This document shows positions 52,531 to 64,000 of a stretch of DNA of 64,000 bases, piece by piece. This DNA comes from Laetmonice hystrix. Taxonomy: Eukaryota. The notes under the pieces were generated by a model. The model ran no database searches and was not told where the DNA came from. It saw only the letters and a list, made by a program, of their open reading frames with translations. The stretch spans positions 47,618,001-47,682,000 of the forward strand of contig OZ249436.1 in the NCBI GenBank assembly GCA_965235115.1, given 5' to 3'. The stretch's first letter is position 1, and each line of letters begins with the position of its first letter. The position numbers and the translations under genes are program-made.

Positions 52531-54964
52531 GTTATACTTATAGGTCATTTGATCGGTTTACTTGGTTTTCAAGCGGAAGAAAACTTTAAAAATATGTACA
52601 GGTTTCAGCACAAACCTTAAATCATTAATGGAAGAGTCGGTAAAATTTCTTAGGGAACTAGATCTTGAAGTAGTCAATATGAAGTTGTCAGATAATGCTT
52701 GACCCGTTTCGTTACAATGGTCGGGCTGCATTGCTATAGTAACGAAATGGAAATATCATGGACGTTCTCTCAGATGTTGGTTTTGTTTGGAGTAAAGTGG
52801 TGTAGGAAGGGAAAAAAAATATTATTTTTGGGGGGGGGGGGGCAGAAGTGACGTCATAATGACTTACGCCTATGGCTCTGCATTGAGCCTGTGGTAATTT
52901 TATAAATATTGGGGGGACAGCAGCCCCTTCTGCCCCCAGCTTCCTACACCACTGGAGTATAGCCCTAACGGAATGTAGTGGAGGTACTGGCGGATATCTA
53001 CGGCCTCCAGTGGCGGATCTTGTTACGAGGTCAGACTGTACATATCAGTGCCTGGATAGAGTTCACAGACAGCGCCGCCAGGGGGCGCCCCAGCCCTCCG
53101 AGTAGCCTGGTTCCCATCAGTGTGACTTTGAAGGTTCTAGATAGCCTCGAACCATCGCTCTCGATCATAACAAGGGTCAAAGTAAACTTTGAAATTTAAC
53201 AGAAACATTCCAGCTCGCCCTGAGTGGACCTCGGAGAACAAGAGTCAATGTCTGGAACACTGCCCAAGTAGCTGCAAAATAGGCTGCTTCAATTTCAACT
53301 TCTATCGAGACTCCTTTACAAAACGACATCTTCTGGGACCAAACAGATGATGAAAAGATTGGGAGGATTGGGAGGGGTTGGGCAGTTGGAAATATCACAA
53401 GCCAGGTCGGAGAAAGCTGCCATTACTTTTCTCAGTAATACTGGAAAAAGCTGCCATTACTTTTACAGAACCTGTGCCCTCCAAACGTATGTACCTCTGC
53501 TCCCTAAAGCTCGCTTAAGGCCCGCCGTACACTTTCCTGATTTTGCCCAACTCGAGTCGTTAATCATGTCTCCCGACCACTCCCCACTGCAGTTGGAGCA
53601 AATTGTAGCCGATTCGAAAAACGAAATTTCTTTTTCTCAGATGAAGCAGGATGCTATTTTGAGATGTAGCTCTTTTTGGAGCTCATGCCATTTAGTAATT
53701 CATATTCTTAAAACCTGCCAGGGATTATTAGAAAAGAGTGATGCGTATCAATATCCATAATATTTGTAACTTAAATTATGCCCTGTTAGTTATAATCATA
53801 ATAATGCCTTTCAAGATGTCATCATTCTTTTATTGCAAGATGAGAAACGTGGTTATTTATTCCGCTGTCACGACTGAACACTGTTCAGACTCAAGCACTG
53901 AATTAAAAAGAACAAGTCCTTTCAGACGCCTCTTTGGTGGTTTCCATTCCCGATATCCGACTCGTCGGCGCCTCATGGCCATTAAAGAAAACCGTCTTCA
54001 CGCCTTGAGGCCCAGCAAGAGGACCAAGATGGACGGATCCTTTTGGTCCCTGAAGACTCTCAGCTTCCCGTGTTACCGCTCTCCAGTCTCTAACTCCCTA
54101 TCCCTGCTGACCCTCATACATTAGGGTAAAACCATTCCCCCTCACCCAACCGGCCTCTTGAATACATATCCTCTCACAGCTGGGACTCTCCCCTGATTGG
54201 TTCAGGCCTGGGGTCACGTGGCTGCAGCGTCCTTGCCGCTTCAACCGTGTAATAAAACTTGGTATTCTCTCCAAGTTGATTAAAGGATTAATCCCATGGG
54301 CCACTAATCCTCCCTGGGATTTCCGGATTATCCCGTTATTGGGTGCTCTACAGCGACTCGGTTATTTCCACGTAACCTCGGTACGTTTGGGATTCATTCA
54401 TTAATATGGAACAGTGTAGTTGAATTCTCATGAATAAATGGCCCATGTAATTATACCAAACTCATCCATAGAACTTTTAGGTTACATTATATGGACCCAC
54501 CATGTGTTAAGTAACAATATGCATTATATTGAGTCAGTGAGGGTACAACTGTACTTGCAGCAACCACGGTTTCTCAAGGCTATCACTGTAGTACTTTAAC
54601 CAATCTAGGTTTCAACCGGCCTGTTCAGCCAATCACGGTTTCTCAAGTCTACGGCTGTACCTTAACCAATCCAGGTTTCAACCAGCCAATCACGGTTTCT
54701 CAAGCCTATGGCTGCATTCTAACCAGGCCAGGTTTCAACCGGCCTGTTTAGCTAACCCATGTTTTAAAATGAAGTCATTTCGTAAATTATTTGATAGTGT
54801 GTACTCCACACATTATAGTCTGACATAGGCCTACTTTGTACCATGACATGCTCCATAACACTATTCTATTTACCCGGACAATGCAACTGTACCTATATAC
54901 GCAGGCTATTTTATCTACATGTACATGTACGTCACCTGGACAGTCAGTACCCTACAGTCACTGT

Positions 54965-55138
54965 GTCAGGCCGGGATTTGACTTCTTGCCCCTCCAGGAG
55001 TTAGTCACGGTATCAGGCCGGGATTTGACTGCTAGCCCCTCCAGGAGTTAGTCACGGTATCAGGCCGGGATTTGACTGCTAGTCCCTCCAGGAGTTAGTC
55101 ACGGTATCAAGCCTGGATTTGACTGCTAGCCCCTCCAG
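54965..55138. repeat. Tandem repeat, ~48-bp unit, ~3.5 copies
   Basis: TCAGGCCGGGATTTGACTGCTAGCCCCTCCAGGAGTTAGTCACGGTA. Confidence 0.85.
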
Positions 55139-55657
55139 ATCGAATCCAAATGAATAGCTTGTGATAGCTTCTAGTAGAACACATTATACTCTCAATGAAC
55201 GCCCCATTCTAGAGTCCCGATGATAGCTACTTTAGAGCAAGCATCGACCCATTAGCACACAGTCACCTGAATGGTCCGTCAGGTGGCATACATGCATGCT
55301 GCAGTGCACTGCGGATATGGACTGTAGAAACACGTGCCGCCACCTGGTGATCAAATCTAGCACTACCTTCTCGGATTCTACAATATTTTTACAAATATAA
55401 ATATGAAAAAATCTTTTACAATATCTTTATCTAAAAACATCAACAAAACAAATTCCTGTAGTATAATATCAGACTCAAGGACTGTAAAGCTCCCACCAAT
55501 CCAGTGGGAAGAAACAGTTCCCCTGAAGGTCCCTTGGTCACTGCATACAATCAACGGGAGGCAACACTAGTTTATTCAGTATCAGCAGGTGTGATCAGAA
55601 AGAGTATAGTGCTCCTCGCATGGGAAGTTCACTGTTCTGAAAGGATATCAAATACTT

Positions 55658-56147
55658 ATACATCTACTAGTATATCCCCCGGGTATTCCTGTATACATCT
55701 ACTAGTATATCCCCCGGGTATTCCTGTATACATATACTCGTATATCCCCCGGGTATTCCTGTATACATCTACTAGTATATCCCCAGGTATTCCTGTATAC
55801 ATCTACTAGTATATCCCCCGGGTATTCCTGTATACATCTACTAGTAGTATATCCCCCGGGTATTCCTGTATACATCTACTAGTATATCCCCAGGTATTCC
55901 TGTATACATCTACTAGTATATCCCCCAGGTATTCCTGTATACATGTACTAGTATATCCCCAGGTATTCCTGTATACATCTACTAGTATATCCCCCGGGTA
56001 TTCCTGTATACATCTACTAGTAGTATATCCCCCGGGTATTCCTGTATACATCTACTAGTATATCCCCAGGTATTCCTGTATACATCTACTAGTATATCCC
56101 CCAGGTATTCCTGTATACATGTACTAGTATATCCCCCGGGTATTCCT
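55658..56147. repeat. Tandem array, ~35-bp unit, ~14 copies
   Basis: TATACATCTACTAGTATATCCCCCGGGTATTCCTG. Confidence 0.95.
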
Positions 56148-56157
56148 CTATGTTCTG

Positions 56158-56283
56158 GGCCCGGTTCACAAACAAAGTCAAGTCAATTTTAATTAACTTG
56201 AAATCCATTTTAACCAATCAAATTCAAGTAAAATTGACTTCAAGTCAATTAAAATTGACTTGACTTTGTTTGTGAACCGCGCC
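56158..56283. mobile_element. 126-bp MITE, PIF/Harbinger-like
   Basis: ~37-bp TIRs GGCCCGGTTCACAAACAAAGTCAAGTCAATTTTAATT with one mismatch; 3-bp TSD CTG both sides. Confidence 0.8.
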
Positions 56284-56623
56284 CTGGAAGAACATTCCTG
56301 TATGTTTTGTAAGTATATTAAATACTTATACATGAGCTGGTAACAGTGGTACATCACCCGGACATATCCGAGAATGTGTGTCTGTGTATTGGTGTGTGTA
56401 TTCATGGCGTGTGTGTTTATTTATCTAACCTCTGTAGTCATGTTCACTCGACCTTGAACCAGTGAGGCGAGCATTCATACACTGTCCTCTCTGTGCTCCC
56501 CTGGGGCCCCTCAACCTGTATAAATAAATCACGTCTTTCTTCCCATCCTCCACTTAATACTAATAGCACTGTACTTATGTCAAGGGAAAAAGTTATTATT
56601 GCCCCTTCTCTATCCCGGACATA

Positions 56624-56910
56624 GGATCTCAACACACCTGCTGGTTGTAGGTGGGTGGATCTCAACACACCTGCTGGTTGCAGGTGGGTGGATCTCAACA
56701 CACCTGCTGGTTGTAGGTGGGTGGATCTCAACACAACTGCTGGTTGTAGGTGGGTGGATCTCAACACACCTGCTGGTTGCAGGTGGGTGGATCTCAACAC
56801 ATCTGCTGGTTGTAGGTGGGTGGATCTCAACACACCTGCTGGTTGTAGGTGGGTGGATCTCAACACACCTGCTGGTTGTAGGTGGGTGGATCTCAACACA
56901 TCTGCTGGTT
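56624..56910. repeat. Tandem array, 33-bp unit, ~9 copies
   Basis: GATCTCAACACACCTGCTGGTTGTAGGTGGGTG. Confidence 0.95.
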
Positions 56911-57420
56911 CCAGGGGGTGATGTAGTTCTTGGATAAAACATTTTCAATAAGTCTTCCTTTCAACAACCATAAAGACATGATATGACATAGAGAGTCTAA
57001 GTTTACACTCTGTAATCACGCCCATTCATGTAGACACAGATTGTAGATTCAGCCCAGGAGAGGGTATCTAGATTACCGCCGACAGCGAGGTTACCCAGCA
57101 CATTACGACTGGTCACACAGGTATGTGAGTGCGACCATTCAGAGTCCCCGACCGTAGCGTTCCGTTCACACGCCAGTCGGAAGTATGTGGTGATGGGGGC
57201 TGCCACAAACCGCACCTCCACCCGAGTCCCCCCCTCCTTCACACACGTGCGACAATCCCAGCTCAGGTCGGTTAGTTCCAGGCATGTATGGAATGTTGTA
57301 ACACCCACCACAAATAATGTGATCTAGGTTCGTAATTACCGGGATGTGTGACCCAAATACAGAATATACAAAGCAAAGTCTCATAAAATCAGAATGAATA
57401 GCATCTAATATCTCAAAGAC

Positions 57421-57452
<32 letters not shown>

Positions 57453-58869
57453 GGAGAATTCCTGGTTCACGCTTCATGGGTGCCACCACACCAATTGTTT
57501 AGGTTAAAAACACCAGGGGGCAGCAAAGTATGCGCAGTCGGTTCTGCCATCAGTTGAGTTCAGTTCTGAAGCAAACGAATAACCTTTCTGGCCACTTAAA
57601 TAAATAAATAAATAAATAAATAAATCTGAATCATGACAATTTCGTTTGTATTAAGAGAAAAGCATCCTGAAAAGAAATTAAAAATAGGGGAAAAATTCAT
57701 TTTCAAAATCCCTACTCCGAGGCTATCCACCCTTCGAACTCTTTCACCCTTCCCCCACCACCAAACAAGGGTGAAATCCTCCAGACAATATACAGCTGTG
57801 TCAGTAGAGTATAACCTCCCCCATACATTGCCCCGTATACACTGTAATTAGGCAACTGTCTTATATACTCTATAAAATTACTTGAAATAATAAATACACA
57901 CGCATGGCAGTCAGCTTTTCCTGAATCGAAGGAAGGAAATTTCCCCTGCCTTGGATTGTTTCCGGGATAACTGTCCATTCCACCATTCCAACAGGTGTTT
58001 GTGACAGTCTGGATCAATGTAGCAGGTTTTTTTTCTCACGCGTACGGCACAATGTGGGTCAATCTAATAATGCACTACCGCTCTATCTTTAATGAATATG
58101 GTAAACAACCAATCAATGTAGCTGCGACACAAAAAAAGGAGAACATTGGCAGCTACTTATAATGAACAATCATCCTCTCTGATGGAGCCCATGCCTTCAT
58201 TTTACCGGTCTATCTTTAATGACTAATGACTAAATATAGATGATCGTTTTTAAACCCAACGCGAACCCTTTCAGACGGTTTGTCAGTGATGTCGGAAGCA
58301 AATTTTTGTTGAGGGGGGGGGGGGGGGCATTGGGAGCAAAATTGCTGTTCCGGACTTAGGAACGTCCTACCTGGTTTTACAGGTGGTCAATTGGACACAC
58401 TTTTAATGTTGACCTCCTGTAAGGACTACATGTGTATTTCAGATATCAACTTGAAAATTTCAACAGATGTTAAGAATGTCAAGTTGTTTACTCCTCTAAA
58501 TTCTCAGAAGGAGAATAGTGACTGTCAGACATAGGGTTTTTGAAATATTTAACGTCAAAGTTCGACCAATTTTTTTGATGCCACCCTATATAAGACGTAT
58601 AAGACACGTTGGATACACGAAGTTTAAAGTAAGAAGATACTGTGAATGCGTACATAATCAAACCTGTAACTCCACCCCGCCTGGCACATATTCAGCTTCA
58701 CATCGCACATTGCCGCCAGACATATACTGACCCAGTCAGACAAATCTGATGTAACCTTTCCGTAGGTAACATTGATATATAGCCCCCTCCAGGAGATATA
58801 GACCCCTACCCCTATCTCCAGATTCGAGGGGCCTCACCCTCCATGCCGGTACATAGCCGTACCTAACCA

Positions 58870-59385
58870 CTACACCTCCCCAAAACATACAGCTATCCTA
58901 TCCCTGACCTTATCCCTAACTCCTAACCCCGGTCCCTACACCGCCCCAAAACATATCCCTATCCTATCCCTGACCTTATCCCTAACTCCTAACCCCGGTC
59001 CCTACACCGCCCCAAAACATATCCCTATCCTATCCCTGACCTTATCCCTAACTCCTAACCCCGGTCCCTACACCGCCCCAAAACATATCCCTATCCTATC
59101 CCTGACCTTATCCCTAACTCCTAACCCCGGTCCCTACACCTCCCCAAAACGTATCCCTATCCTATCCCTGACCTTATCCCTAACTCCTAACCCCTACACC
59201 TCCCCAAAACATATCCGTATCCTATCCCTGACCTTATCCCTAACTCCTAACCCCGGTCCCTACACCTCCCCAAAACATATCCCTATCCTATCCCTGACCT
59301 TATCCCTAACTCCTAACCCCGGTCCCTACACCTCCCCAAAACATAGTCCCTATCCTATCCCTGACCTGACCCCAAACCCCTACCC
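58870..59385. repeat. C-rich tandem array, 66-bp unit, ~8 copies, CCCTAA-like motifs
   Basis: CCCTATCCTATCCCTGACCTTATCCCTAACTCCTAACCCCGGT... Confidence 0.95.
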
Positions 59386-59830
59386 AAACATTTTGAAGTT
59401 ACCATGGGGGGAATAACCTCCATGTTTTGGCGTCTATGCCATTGACACCTGCTACAACATGATGAAGGACGGGAGAGGACACAGGAGCGATGTTTCTCGT
59501 TCGTATTTTGTTTTCCTGTTGTCCCTCACATCGCCTTGATGAAGTTATTTCCGCCATGTTGAGATGTTTCCAGACAACCGCCAAGTATATATCTCTGCTG
59601 ACAAGGCTAGTCAAACGTGGCCGACGTTCAATATTTCAAGCCTTGATCACTTTGTTTGACACCATAACCGATGATGATGTTCATCAAGTGTGTTCGCCTC
59701 TGTGCCCACATCCATCTATTCTACATTAATTATTTCTCTACTCCATCCGGCTGATCGGATACCAAGTGTGAGCACTGCTACATCAGCACCCCCTGGTGAG
59801 GAGTAAAGGTCCCTGATTGCTTTAATTACG

Positions 59831-60562
59831 CAAACAGCCGTGTATCAATAATCCTAGCCGTGTCCAAACAGCCGTGTATCAATAATCCTAACCGTGTCCA
59901 AACAGCCGTGTATCAATAATCCTAGCCGTGTCCAAACAGCCGTGTATCAATAGTCCTAGCCGTGTCCAAACAGCCGTGTATCAATAATCCTAACCGTGTC
60001 CAAACAGCCGTGTATCAATAGTCCTAGCCGTGTCCAAACAGCCGTGTATCAATAATCCTAACCGTGTCCAAACAGCCGTATATCAATAATCCTAGCCGTG
60101 TCCAAACAGCCGTGTATCAATAAACCTAGTCGTATCCAAACAGCCGTGTATCAATAGTCCTAGCCGTGTCCAAACAGCCGTGTATCAATAATCCTAACCG
60201 TGTCCAAACAGCCGTATATCAATAGTCCTAGCCGTGTCCAAACAGCCGTGTATCAATAATCCTAGCCGTGTCCAAACAGCCGTATATCAATAATCCTAGC
60301 CGTGTCCAAACAGCCGTGTATCAATAATCCTAGTCGTATCCAAACAGCCGTGTATCAATAGTCCTAGCCGTATCCAAACAGCCGTGTATCAATAATCCTA
60401 GCCGTGTCCAAACAGCCGTGTATCAATAGTCCTAGCCGTGCCCAAACAGCCGTGTATCAATAATCCTAGCCGTGTCCAAACAGCCCTGCATCAATAATCC
60501 TAGCCGTATCCAAACAGCCGTGTATCAATAATCCTAGCCGTGTCCAAACAGCCGTGTATCAA
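59831..60562. repeat. Tandem array, 34-bp unit, ~21 copies
   Basis: CAAACAGCCGTGTATCAATAATCCTAGCCGTGTC. Confidence 0.95.
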
Positions 60563-61547
60563 CCATCCGTACCAAAATAAATATCTTCAAAAATTCCAGT
60601 TACATTTACAAGGCGGAAAAAATTGGGCGGTCATCTAGAGAAAACTTTATTTGATGGAAAAAAAACCCTAGCCAATAGGCCCTATATAAAATGTACATTT
60701 TTTTACCAAAGGAACCACACAATATAAAACCACTATCCTTGTTAGTAACATGTGAGTGATGCAACAAGGTATTTTCTCAGAGCTATCACCTTATAACAAA
60801 CTACTTATTAAACTCATGTTCGATGACGGTTTCAGGCGGGATTTAATGTATGGTTTAACTGCCGTATGTATACACAGACAGGAAGGAATCGCAATGTCAG
60901 CTAAAACGCTTTTTCTTCTTCCTTTTTTTTTGGTGATGACAGATGGTCTCACATGAGGAGACGGTTATATTGGCCGGTGTCTTGCCGACAGACTGACCTC
61001 CCATGGTGCCTTTCGCTGCGACCTGAGCCACGCCCAATGAGAACGGATGGGGCAATCCAACCGCGGCGCCGCGGTACGGTTGGCGTGTGAACTACCATTC
61101 TATCCGCCCCACTGTCACCGTGAGACGGGTGAAAACTTCCCTGGCGGGGAAAGTGCCCCCTCCCCATCCTCCGCCGCCGGCCGGCCACCCCTGGGCAGGG
61201 TGTGCAATATGTTGTTATGGAGCCGGGCCGACTTGCGTGTGTGAGTGGGGAACCAGCGGAGTCACAGTGACTGCTATCTATCAGTCTGGTTGGAGATGAG
61301 CGGGGTAGACTTGAGGTCCTCCATGTCTCCTCCAGCGGCCCCGCCTGGAGGACACTGTCCCATTGTGATGAGGGAAGCACCTCCTGTACATTATCCATAC
61401 TTGTCTACTTGTGTAACTTTATGAGGGTAGTCCTTCACAGCTAGATGAGGAGGTCTGCCTACGCCCACATCGGCTTCCCACACACGATCTACCACCGGCA
61501 GGGCTCCCCTATTAACCCATTTGTATCCCCGGCTTTTCTACCCCCTA

Positions 61548-61810
61548 TAATCCTAGCTGTGTCCAAACAGCCGTGTATCAAGAATCCTAGCCGTGTCCAA
61601 ATAGCCGTGTATCAATAAACCTAGCCGTGTCCAAACAGCCGTGTATCAATAATCCTAGCCGTGTCCAAACAGCCGTGTATCGAGAATCCTAGTCGTATCC
61701 AAACAGGCGTGTATCGAGAATCCTAGTCGTATCCAAACAGGCGTGTATCAATAATCCTAGCCGTGTCCAAACAGCCGTGTATCGAGAATCCTTGTCGTAT
61801 TCAAACAGGC
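61548..61810. repeat. Second array of the same 34-bp unit, ~8 copies
   Basis: Same unit and orientation as 59831-60562. Confidence 0.95.
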
Positions 61811-62862
61811 TCATGTTGTAGGGAGTCTCAATATTCTGCTGGGTTATGATAGGGCGGGGATGCACAACTGTGATTATGCAGTGTTTCATATAAAAGAACC
61901 TTTGCCATTTACTGATAAATCTCACTATCATCACACAAATGGACTGGACCAATGAACAGACTTGTTCTTGTCTTGAAGATGGCCAACAGTTACCAACAGG
62001 GCGCCAAGCAGACTAATCACCACCACCATCACAAAGACATCAAAAATTATTTCCATGTGTTACATTTTGATTATCAGATCTAATGGGTCTATTATAAAAC
62101 TACCCTTTTGTTTGTATTCCCCCGACAGTCTGTGCCCCCTGTAGCCCGGGCCCGATGTCTGACAACATGTTTAATATATTTGTTTTTACTTCTACTCACG
62201 CCAAGAACACAAAGTAGGCACGAAAACTCTACATTAAAATTCCACAGGAGCTAGGAACAGCATGTGCCAAATGGCCAAACTCAATATATCATTGTGCGCG
62301 ATAACCCCTCTCAAACTGTCAAAAAGCCATGATTTGAATAAGCTTAATCAGTGCATAGTACACATCCACTGTAATGGATTGCATAAAACCATCTGATCTG
62401 TCTGGACACTTTATGATTGGAGAGATTTTTGTAACATTAGCTCAATACTCTCTCAATACTAAAGTGAACTGCCGCATGCGCTACATTCAAAAAACTCACT
62501 AACTGCGACAAGATGTCATGCCACAGTGGAAAATCTTTTCCGATTCAATGTGATATGCTATGTCCTGCACTTCTTTAGAGCGAAACGGTCAAACAAATGG
62601 ATATCAATTAATCCAACAGTGAAGTTTCAAGACATGATATCGCTATCGCTATGATGACCATACCATGTCTTTCTAAAATTAGGACCACTCACTATTTCAC
62701 AATCCTATTTTTATGAATCGTAATTTCCAACCGGCCCAATCCTCTACCTGTTTCTGCTATGTAAATGTTGACATGTGAGGCTGTGTCTGAAGATAGTTGT
62801 TTGTCGAGGAAATTAGCCTTACCACGCGTTCAGGCTGTACACACACGACAGCCCGACGGCCG

Positions 62863-63144
62863 GAGACAGAGACGGAGAGAGAGAGAGCGAGAGAGAGGGA
62901 GGGAGGGAGAGAGAGACAGAGAGAGAGAGGGAGAGAGAGATAGAGATAGAGAGACAGACAGACGAGACAGAGAGGAGACAGAGAGAGAGACAGAGGGAGA
63001 GAGAGACAGAGGGAGAGAGAGACAGAGGGGACAGGGAGGGGGAAGGAGGGAGGGGGAAGGGAGGGAGAGTGGAGGAATGGAAGGGCAGGGGAAGCGAGAC
63101 AGACATACAGATACAGAAAGAAACCGAGGCAGAAAAAGAGACAA

Positions 63145-63220
<76 letters not shown>

Positions 63221-63585
63221 GGGGGAATGGAGGGACAGGAGAGAGGCACACAGAAAGAGACAGCTATACAGACAGAGACAGAGATACAGATAGAGACAGA
63301 GCACATAGAGCGACAGAGACAGAGAGAAGAGAGACATAGGGGAGGGCCAGGGGGAATGGAAGGGCAGGAGAGAGGCAGACAGAAAGAGACAGAGATAAAG
63401 AAAGAGACAGAGATACAGATAGAGAGACAGAGACAGAGGCACAGAGAGACCGAGATCGAGAGACAGCGACAGGGGAGGGGGAGGGAGGGGGAATGGAGGG
63501 ACAGAAAGAGACAGAGGCACAGAGAGACCGAGAGAGAGAGACAGAGACAGAGAGAGATAAGAGAGACAGACAAAGACAGAGCGAG
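62863..63585. repeat. (GA)n/(GAGACA)n purine-rich low-complexity tract
   Basis: Direct reading; a smaller similar tract lies at ~1305-1400. Confidence 0.95.
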
Positions 63586-64000
63586 TCTCCCTCCAGTGGG
63601 TTAACAAGGAGAAGTATAACAATGGCAAGTGTTCCTCAATGATCCCTGAGGATCGGCTTGACCTGATTCCTCCAGCCTCATGAAATATCGGACATAAATC
63701 TCTCTATACATAAACACTAGAGTCGTCCTACAGCTACTGCCAGAATACGTGTCGACTTTACCCTCAGTTTACCCCATCATACACCTCACAAAACTGATCT
63801 CACAACCACTATTCATCACATTCTGTCCCTCGAGGCAGGTTTAACCCAATATTCCCCGCATTACCATTTTGTTGCTACCATTCCTAATGAAGGAAGGCGA
63901 GCTGAGTGCCCTCTCCACTGTAAGGGTTAACCTTTAGTGTGGGTTGGCTCCAACGTGTCGCCGGCCGAAGGAGGGAGGAGGGAGGCGGAGGGGGGAGAGT

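Noticed and set aside
283..61810. Tandem arrays as CRISPR arrays
   Set aside because: Units are contiguous with no unique spacers, there are no cas genes, and the context is a spliced eukaryotic gene
62757..63628. Arg/Glu-rich and Leu/Ser-rich ORFs
   Set aside because: Translations of GA microsatellite

Overview
Eukaryotic (metazoan, probably invertebrate) genomic DNA, apparently the 5' part of one large minus-strand gene. Only one coding segment is well supported: a ~2.4-kb exon (49846-47465, minus; first good ATG at 49734) encoding a ~756-aa acidic, Ser-rich N-terminus. It ends in AIQDIKSAIEK...KSP...EEPVWVMR, the CASK-binding segment of X11/Mint1 (APBA1/LIN-10). I found no PTB or PDZ exons, so they probably lie left of the window. 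The ~45-kb downstream intron holds a candidate 30-nt frame-preserving microexon (2451-2480) and a candidate internal promoter/short first exon (~32769-32985), both phase-compatible with the big exon. Roughly a third of the window is about 45 short tandem arrays (units ~10-122 bp, arrays <~1.4 kb), almost all with their own unit. There are also several MITE-like elements and a 34-bp palindrome resembling a P-element footprint. Most long ORFs in the track are repeat or antisense artefacts. There is no CRISPR array, RNA gene or autonomous transposase. All calls were made by eye; unit lengths, copy numbers and array edges are approximate.
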